Source: Jeongeupia sp. USM3 | Lineage (GTDB): Bacteria; Pseudomonadota; Gammaproteobacteria; Burkholderiales; Chitinibacteraceae | NCBI RefSeq assembly: GCF_001808185.1 | Contig: NZ_CP017668.1 | Coordinates: forward strand, 1,933,648 to 1,957,647 | Direction of reading: 5' to 3' | DNA length: 24,000 nucleotides | In this document: in pieces, positions 9,027 through 14,304 of the stretch | Position numbering within the stretch: the first letter of the stretch is position 1 | Layout of the letters: every line of letters begins with the position of its first letter | Program-made: the position numbers and the translations under genes | Notes under the pieces: generated by a model | Told to the model about the DNA's origin: nothing | Databases searched by the model: none | The model's input: only the letters and a program-made list of their open reading frames with translations

Positions 9027-10424
9027 ATGAGCATTGCGGACAAGTTTCTTTTTCAGGTTGGCGGCAACGTCAAGGAGCCGTGGCATTCCGTTCTCAGCGC
9101 GTCGGGCTGGCAGATGATGCACATCCCCGACGCACAGCGGCTGACCGGCGTGCGCCATGTCGGCAACGCCACGGTCGGGCTGATTTACGCCGATGAAGCA
9201 TTGCTGCCCAAGCTGGGCAAGCTGGCGTCGCAGTTCGCCAAGCACGATCTCGCCTGGATCCTGCTGGTCGAACAGCGTCTGGTCGGCAGCCCTGCGGTGG
9301 CCCGGTTCATCGACGAATTCTGTTACGACTACCACAGCCTGCCGGTCAATCCCGGTGTACTGATCGTCACGCTCGGCCGCGCGCACGGCATGGTGACGCT
9401 GCACCGCACGCAACAGACCAGCGACAACGAATACCAGAGCGAGATCATCGGCGAGCATCCGAGCATCCAGCGCATCCGCCGCGATATCCGCAAGATTGCG
9501 CCGACCGACGTCAACGTGCTGATCAGCGGCGAATCGGGCACCGGCAAGGAACTGATCGCCCGCGCGCTGCATCAGCAATCGCCGCGCGCCGACGCACCGT
9601 TCATCGCCGTCAACTGCGGCAGCCTGCCGGCCAACCTGGTGCAGTCCGAACTGTTCGGCCACGAACGTGGCGCCTTCACCGGCGCGTCGGAAAAACGCAT
9701 CGGACGGATCGAGGCCGCCGACAAGGGCACGCTGTTTCTCGACGAAATCGGCGACATGACCTTCGATACCCAGATCAACCTGCTGCGCTTTTTGCAGGAA
9801 GGGATCATCGACCGGGTTGGCGGCAACACTTCGATTCGCGTCAACGCGCGCGTCATTTCGGCCACCCACGTCGACCTGCCCAAGGCGATTGCCCTGAGTC
9901 GTTTCCGTGAAGACCTGTTCTACCGGCTCAACGTCTGCCGCCTGCACCTGCCGCCACTGCGCGAACGGCATAGCGACATCCTGCCGATTGCCCATTACCT
10001 GCTCGATTTTCACGCCGGGCGCCTCGGCGTGCCGCGCAAGCGGCTGTCGACCGAGACCGGTCGTGCCATGGTGGGTTATTCATGGCCCGGCAATGTTCGC
10101 GAGCTGACCAACCGCATCTGCCAGGGTCTGGTCATGGCCAGCGGCCGGCATATCAAACCGCAGGACATGGGGCTCAATCCGGGGGCACCGTTCGAAAGCC
10201 GGACGCTGGAAAAGGCCCGCAAGGAGGCCGAGCGCGATGCGGTCAGGATGGCGCTGGCGCTGCACAACGGCAGCAACGTCAAGGCCGCGCAGGAGCTGGG
10301 GGTTTCGCGCGCGACCTTTTACCGGCTGATGCAGCGCCACCTGGGCGTGACGCTGGAGGGCGGCGAAGCGCTGGGCACCGCGGCCGAGAATGCCGGTTCC
10401 AGCGGTGACGATGCCTCGTCGTGA
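9027..10424 (+). CDS. sigma-54-dependent transcriptional activator (bEBP) with degenerate receiver-like N-domain
   Basis: 465 aa. Walker A GESGTGKE, the sigma-54 contact loop GAFTGA (nt 9669..9686), Walker B LFLDEIGD, SWPGNVREL, and a C-terminal Fis-type HTH (NVKAAQELGVSRATFYRLMQRH). GGAG SD 9 nt upstream, 35 nt after the fapF-like stop. Confidence 0.9.
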   Translation: MSIADKFLFQVGGNVKEPWHSVLSASGWQMMHIPDAQRLTGVRHVGNATVGLIYADEALLPKLGKLASQFAKHDLAWILLVEQRLVGSPAVARFIDEFCYDYHSLPVNPGVLIVTLGRAHGMVTLHRTQQTSDNEYQSEIIGEHPSIQRIRRDIRKIAPTDVNVLISGESGTGKELIARALHQQSPRADAPFIAVNCGSLPANLVQSELFGHERGAFTGASEKRIGRIEAADKGTLFLDEIGDMTFDTQINLLRFLQEGIIDRVGGNTSIRVNARVISATHVDLPKAIALSRFREDLFYRLNVCRLHLPPLRERHSDILPIAHYLLDFHAGRLGVPRKRLSTETGRAMVGYSWPGNVRELTNRICQGLVMASGRHIKPQDMGLNPGAPFESRTLEKARKEAERDAVRMALALHNGSNVKAAQELGVSRATFYRLMQRHLGVTLEGGEALGTAAENAGSSGDDASS

Positions 10425-10436
10425 GGCACCTGCCGG

Positions 10437-11126
10437 TCAGCGCAGCCCCTGCGTCAGCGACGGAATCCAGTTCTCCACCGCAGCGCGTCCGATCGCACCG
10501 GGCTTGAGTCCGATCACGATCTGCATTGCATTGCTGACCTTGAAGCCATCACCGTTGACCTTCGCCATCTGCGACAGCTTGCCACCGCCGATCGACTGCG
10601 ATGCAACCCCGGCAAGGCCGCCATTGACCGTCAGTGCCAGCGCGTCACCATTTTCCGGAACGAGCGTGGGGACCAGCCGCCAGCCCTCGGCCATCGACGG
10701 TGTGGCCTTGAGATCACCTTCGGTCAGTTGAATCTGCGCCACGTTATGGGCCACATTGCCGCTGCCGGCAACCTGGTTCAGCTGGGCTACGCCCTTTACG
10801 TCGATTGCCTGGCCGCCGGGGAGACTGCTGACCACGCCGCCCGACGCATCGTTCAACTGGTAACGGCTGATGGTTGCACTCCGGTCCGCACCGATATTCA
10901 GCGTGACGGCACCGCCCACCTTGGCGCCATCCGGCCGGGTCCAGACCGAGGCCAGCTGCACGCCGAAATGCAGGACTTCGCCGGCGCTGAGATAACGGCC
11001 GCGCAACTGGGACAGGGCCTGGTCGTCCAGCGTGGAAAGCATCAGCGGACTCGTCGTCGGCTGCACGGCCAATGCGGGTGCGATGACCGTCGCCGCCGCA
11101 ACACCCAACCAGTATTGCTTGTTCAT
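10437..11126 (-). CDS. fapE: FapE-like secreted protein
   Basis: Preferred start is ATG 11126 (MNKQYWLGVAAATVIAPALA signal peptide, GAGGGG SD); the track start at 11150 is a TTG. It contains one copy of the amyloid-type motif GVAQLNQVAGSGNVAHNVAQIQL (10725..10793). It occupies the fifth position, after the C39 peptidase gene, as fapE does in the Pseudomonas operon. Confidence 0.55.
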   Translation of the reverse strand: MNKQYWLGVAAATVIAPALAVQPTTSPLMLSTLDDQALSQLRGRYLSAGEVLHFGVQLASVWTRPDGAKVGGAVTLNIGADRSATISRYQLNDASGGVVSSLPGGQAIDVKGVAQLNQVAGSGNVAHNVAQIQLTEGDLKATPSMAEGWRLVPTLVPENGDALALTVNGGLAGVASQSIGGGKLSQMAKVNGDGFKVSNAMQIVIGLKPGAIGRAAVENWIPSLTQGLR

Positions 11127-11150
11127 ATTCCCCTCGCTCTCCGATCGCAA

Positions 11151-11831
11151 TCAGAAAAAATCGCTGTGCAGGAAGCCGTACTCGATCAGTTCGGCGGTTG
11201 GAACGGGTTGCGCCGCATTGATCCCGGACCGGGCCGACAGCGCCGGTGCGACACGGACCAGCGGGTTGTCCACGCGGTAGCCCTGGCCCACGACCGCCAG
11301 CAGCACGCCGCTCCACTGCGACGCGAACTCTTCCATGCTGATCGCCCGGTTCCCGACCGACGGATCAGCAACGTAGACGGTATCTGCCGTGGCCTTGCGG
11401 ACCACGACGAAATGCTTGTAGCCATTGGTATCGAGCAGCGTGATTGCCGGGATCTTCAGCGCCGGCAACGCTTCCAGCGGCAATTTGTATCCTTTGCTGC
11501 GGAAACCCAGCGCTTCGACATAGCGCTTCATGTCGAGCATCGAGAAGCCGAGCTTGCGGACGGTCTCCTGGTCTGCTTCGCCCATCATGCCCTTGAGTAC
11601 GACCTCTTCAGGCGCATCGAGCCCGTAGGCGTAGCGCAGGATCGTCGCCAGGGTGGCGGCACCGCAGCTGAAATCGGTTTTTTGTTCAATGACATTGGCA
11701 AAGCGCGCCTCGCGCAGGCTTTTTACCTTGAGTTGCGGCCGGATCGCACCAGTGAAACCCGGTACCGGCATATCGGCGGCACCGGCGGGAATCGCCAGCG
11801 CCAGCAGCAGAAGAGTCAGGATCGGTTTCAT
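11151..11831 (-). CDS. fapD: FapD-like C39-family cysteine peptidase, secreted
   Basis: 226 aa with signal peptide MKPILTLLLLALAIPAGAA. C39 catalytic context QKTDFSCGAATLATILRYAYG (Cys), GYKHFVVV (His) and VYVADPSVG (Asp). Confidence 0.75.
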   Translation of the reverse strand: MKPILTLLLLALAIPAGAADMPVPGFTGAIRPQLKVKSLREARFANVIEQKTDFSCGAATLATILRYAYGLDAPEEVVLKGMMGEADQETVRKLGFSMLDMKRYVEALGFRSKGYKLPLEALPALKIPAITLLDTNGYKHFVVVRKATADTVYVADPSVGNRAISMEEFASQWSGVLLAVVGQGYRVDNPLVRVAPALSARSGINAAQPVPTAELIEYGFLHSDFF

Positions 11832-11840
11832 GATGAGCAG

Positions 11841-11866
11841 GATGCGAAGGGTTGCCCCTTCGCATC
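11841..11866 (-). other. 11-bp perfect stem-loop with GNRA (GCAA) tetraloop in the fapC-fapD spacer
   Basis: Minus-strand RNA reads GAUGCGAAGGG-GCAA-CCCUUCGCAUC, with no U-tract after it. It lies between an AGGAGG (11871..11876) and the fapD-like ATG (11831). Confidence 0.7.
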
Positions 11867-11886
11867 CACACCTCCTGCGTCGTTGG

Positions 11887-12759
11887 TTAGAACGCCGCGG
11901 CGATCGCGAGGCTGTTGGCTTGCTGGTTGCCGATACCGGCTGCCGAGTTCACCCCGATGTTGCCGACGGCGCCAATCACAGAAGCGTTGATGCCGGCAAG
12001 GTTGTCGAGGAAGAAGCCCTGGACGGTATCGTTGTGGTCGCTGATCTGCAGGCCACCGGCGGTTGCCACCGCCAGCGCGCCGTGGTTGACCGCAGCGATC
12101 GAGGCGATATTGGCTTGCTGGTTGCCGACACCTGCAGCCACGTTCGCGCCGATGTTGCCAGCCACGCCAAGAAGGCTGCCGTTAACGCCTGCGGCAGTGC
12201 TCGGCAGGATCGGCACGATGCTGAACACGAAGGAATCGTTCAGCTCGCTGTTTTGCTCGTAGTTGGCCACAGCAGTCGAGACGCCAACTGCAACCGTCCC
12301 AAAGAGCCCCGGGATCCCGAACAGGCCGCCGATGACCGGCGCCGAAGTCGTGCTGGCCAGAGCCAGCGAGTTGGCCTGCTGGTTGCCGTTGCCGGCAGCC
12401 GAGTTCATGCCCAGGTTGCCGACGACACCGATACCGGACAGGTTGATCCCGGCAGCCGAGGTGCCGACGATCAGGCTGTTGTTGTCGATGCTCTTTTGTG
12501 CGGTGAACACCGTCGCATCGGCCGCCGTGGAGCCCAGCACCAGCGCGCCGCCCAACACGAGCGCGTTCACATCGACGTTGCTGGACGCGTTGTCCACCAT
12601 GGTCTTGGTGTAGCTCAGTTCGTTACTGATCACGGCGGTATCGACGATCACCGACAGCTTGAGGGCTGCCTCGAGATCGAGGTCATCCGCCTCGGCAAAG
12701 GCAACGCCCGACATGCTGGCGAAAACGGCGGCGACTGCGGTGAGTTTCAGGGTTTTCAT
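11887..12759 (-). CDS. fapC: FapC-like major functional-amyloid subunit
   Basis: Preferred start is ATG 12759 (GAGGAGA SD 6 nt upstream); the track start at 12774 is a TTG inside that SD. Signal peptide MKTLKLTAVAAVFASMSGVAFA. Three imperfect repeats carry the GN[IL]GxNxAAGxGNQQAN core I recall from Pseudomonas FapC repeats. It is Asn/Gln/Ala/Gly/Ser-rich, has no Cys, and ends with an aromatic residue (...AIAAAF). Confidence 0.8.
   Translation of the reverse strand: MKTLKLTAVAAVFASMSGVAFAEADDLDLEAALKLSVIVDTAVISNELSYTKTMVDNASSNVDVNALVLGGALVLGSTAADATVFTAQKSIDNNSLIVGTSAAGINLSGIGVVGNLGMNSAAGNGNQQANSLALASTTSAPVIGGLFGIPGLFGTVAVGVSTAVANYEQNSELNDSFVFSIVPILPSTAAGVNGSLLGVAGNIGANVAAGVGNQQANIASIAAVNHGALAVATAGGLQISDHNDTVQGFFLDNLAGINASVIGAVGNIGVNSAAGIGNQQANSLAIAAAF
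11890..11991 (-). repeat. FapC-like repeat R3
   Basis: INASVIGAVGNIGVNSAAGIGNQQANSLAIAAAF. DNA core at 11917..11973; its first 17 nt (GGCTTGCTGGTTGCCGA on the + strand) are identical to the R2 core. Confidence 0.8.
12088..12186 (-). repeat. FapC-like repeat R2
   Basis: VNGSLLGVAGNIGANVAAGVGNQQANIASIAAV. DNA core at 12112..12168. Confidence 0.8.
12352..12447 (-). repeat. FapC-like repeat R1
   Basis: INLSGIGVVGNLGMNSAAGNGNQQANSLALAS. The DNA core at 12373..12429 is similar to the R2/R3 cores. Confidence 0.8.
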
Positions 12760-12848
12760 TTTGCTTCTCCTCAATGCTTAAGAAAGTGCTGCATGGACAA
12801 AACAAAACAACTGCCTAGGGACTACACGAGCGACCTGTCTACAGGCCG

Positions 12849-13463
12849 TTAAGAACCGGGTGGCCGCGAGAACTGCACCGCCAACGCATTGGTCGTGATA
12901 TTGCCGTTACCCGCCACCTGGTTGATCTGGAACACCCCCCGGCCGCCCGAAAAGGCCGCGGGATCGATATTCGTCTGCTGGGTCGGGATGATCTCGCCCA
13001 CCAGCTGCTCGACGACACCTGCGGTACTGCCCGCCAGCAGGCTGTCATCGGCGGCACGAATCGTCAGGGCCGAGAAGCCGGTGTGTGCGACACCGCCGAT
13101 GCCTTGCGCAATGGCCAGCTGATTGGCGCTGACATTGCCGTGGCCAGCCTGCTGATTGACGCCCAGCACGCCCCGGAATCCGGCAAATGAAGGCCCTTCG
13201 ATGCTCGCCACCGCCGCGCCGTTGGCCGGGCCCACCTTGCCGCGTTGCACCACCGAGCCGTGTGCCATCGCGGCCACCGAACCGTCCGGACTGACCGCAA
13301 TCGCCCGCATATTGGCCGCGGCATTTTCGTTGCCGGCGCTCACGTTGACCGACAGCACGCCCTGGCTCGCCATACCCGAATTGCTGATGATTGCGGTATC
13401 CAAGGACCAGGACGTTCCGGCCCAAAGGCAGCCAATCAGCGACGGCAGCAAAAGTCGTTTCAT
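12849..13463 (-). CDS. fapB: FapB-like amyloid nucleator / minor subunit
   Basis: 204 aa with an N-terminal signal sequence. Three degenerate repeats: GVLSVNVSAGNENAAANMRAIA (within 13296..13382), GVLGVNQQAGHGNVSANQLAIA (within 13107..13193) and GVFQINQVAGNGNITTNALAVQ (within 12873..12959). GGAG SD sits directly after the upstream stop. It lies immediately before the FapC-like gene, as fapB does. Confidence 0.7.
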   Translation of the reverse strand: MKRLLLPSLIGCLWAGTSWSLDTAIISNSGMASQGVLSVNVSAGNENAAANMRAIAVSPDGSVAAMAHGSVVQRGKVGPANGAAVASIEGPSFAGFRGVLGVNQQAGHGNVSANQLAIAQGIGGVAHTGFSALTIRAADDSLLAGSTAGVVEQLVGEIIPTQQTNIDPAAFSGGRGVFQINQVAGNGNITTNALAVQFSRPPGS

Positions 13464-13475
13464 TCTTGAGACTCC

Positions 13476-13937
13476 TCAGCGCGGCAGCAGTGGCGACATG
13501 GCGTTGATGACCGTGCCGCCAACACCCAGCGCAGCCCCCATGCCGCCGCCGCCGGCCGAGCGTCCCGTGCCGCCAACCGACGCACCGCCAGCCGCTGCGC
13601 CCCCCAGGGCGACACCACTGCCCAGCGGCGCATTCGCCATGCCGCGGTCCAGAGCCTGATCGGCGCGCATATTGCCCATCAGCGCATCGTCCGCACTGCC
13701 GATCGCCGAGGTCCGCGCCACTTGCGATGTCACCCGGTCCGCCGGCGATACCTGCACTTCAACGGTTTTCGGCGACTTCGGGCTGTCGGGGCGGAACGCC
13801 GTACGGGGTGCCACATTGCGTGTGATGACAATCTCGCTGCCATCGGATTCGGCATGAGCAAGCTGCGAGCCACCGGCCAGTAACGCTGCATACAGCGCGG
13901 CGGTGAGTTGCACAGACTTGAAGTTGGCTTGCCACAT
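13476..13937 (-). CDS. secreted Gly/Ala-rich protein in the FapA position (putative amyloid chaperone/regulator)
   Basis: 153 aa with signal peptide MWQANFKSVQLTAALYAALLAGGSQLAHA, GGAG SD 6-7 nt upstream, and a low-complexity C-terminal half (GSGVALGGAAAGGASVGGTGRSAGGGGMGAALGVGG). The FapA assignment rests on position only; I do not recognise sequence similarity. Confidence 0.4.
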   Translation of the reverse strand: MWQANFKSVQLTAALYAALLAGGSQLAHAESDGSEIVITRNVAPRTAFRPDSPKSPKTVEVQVSPADRVTSQVARTSAIGSADDALMGNMRADQALDRGMANAPLGSGVALGGAAAGGASVGGTGRSAGGGGMGAALGVGGTVINAMSPLLPR

Positions 13938-13973
13938 GTTCGGCTCCGGTACTTTTTGCTTGCCGACTCCAAT

Positions 13974-13988
13974 GCAGGCGCCGTGCCA
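13974..13988 (-). promoter_or_regulatory. sigma-54 (-24/-12) promoter for the fapA-E-like operon
   Basis: Minus strand reads TTGGCACGGCGCCTGCAT. This is TGGCACG-N4-CTGCA against the consensus TGGCACG-N4-TTGCW, with exact GG-N10-GC spacing and one mismatch. The GC dinucleotide lies 38 nt upstream of the ATG at 13937, leaving a ~25-nt leader with a GGAG SD. Confidence 0.65.
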
Positions 13989-13996
13989 ATGAGATT

Positions 13997-14009
13997 CAAC
14001 CCATTGATT
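13997..14009 (-). promoter_or_regulatory. IHF-consensus-like site next to the sigma-54 promoter
   Basis: Minus strand AATCAATGGGTTG matches WATCAANNNNTTR at every specified position. It overlaps a perfect 12-bp palindrome TGATTTAAATCA (14005..14016) in an AT-rich patch. It is centred only ~40 nt upstream of the predicted start site, closer than most characterised IHF sites. Confidence 0.3.
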
Positions 14010-14238
14010 TAAATCACAAACACAATTTCAAACCCGCAGCGAAAATCGCCGAACGAATCAGAAGTGAGACATGTTTTGACGATAAACCGCGGGCAGCCAC
14101 CAAAACGCGCCGATCCGGCGTCTGCGGATACCGCCGGAACCGGCGAGAACGAGGCTGGCCGCGGTTCGCAAGAAGGCGGCCGCCCTGAACCACTGAGCCT
14201 GACCGGCCAAATGCGTCTCAGAACTGAGTTAAGGCAAC

Positions 14239-14262
14239 AAAAAACCCCGCGATTGCGGGGTT
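14239..14262 (-). terminator. rho-independent terminator after psd
   Basis: Minus strand AACCCCGC-AATC-GCGGGGTT followed by TTTTTTG, ~45 nt after the psd stop. It would insulate the downstream sigma-54 promoter from psd read-through. Confidence 0.8.
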
Positions 14263-14304
14263 GTCTGGCATTCATCTCCGGCCGGACACGCGGCCGCGCG
14301 ACAT

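Noticed and set aside
11686-11871. 61-aa minus ORF beginning next to the AGGAGG in the fapC-fapD spacer
   Set aside because: It is out of frame within the well-supported C39 peptidase gene. Its translation is Arg/Cys/His/Pro-rich and implausible, and the candidate ATG (11865) is buried in the 11-bp hairpin stem. The SD is more likely linked to fapD expression (see finding).
12802-12816. AGGCAGTTGTTTTGT in the fapB-fapC spacer, resembling TGGCAC-N5-TTGC
   Set aside because: Spacing is right, but the highly conserved C of the -12 GC is a T, and two -24 positions also mismatch. This is too weak to call a sigma-54 promoter from sequence alone.
7392-12852. Long alternative-frame or antisense ORFs across the fap-like locus (7392..8945 +, 7834..8709 -, 8979..10013 -, 10728..11990 +, 11653..12852 +)
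   Set aside because: Each overlaps a gene with recognisable domains, signal peptides and an SD. Their translations are Arg/Gly/Asp/His-rich with no motifs. These are GC-rich shadow ORFs.
13428-13463. Possible lipobox L-I-G-C at residues 9-12 of the FapB-like protein
   Set aside because: The Cys would be at position 12, leaving an h-region too short for a typical lipoprotein signal peptide. An SPase I site after ...GTSWS fits better. Dedicated predictors could revisit this.
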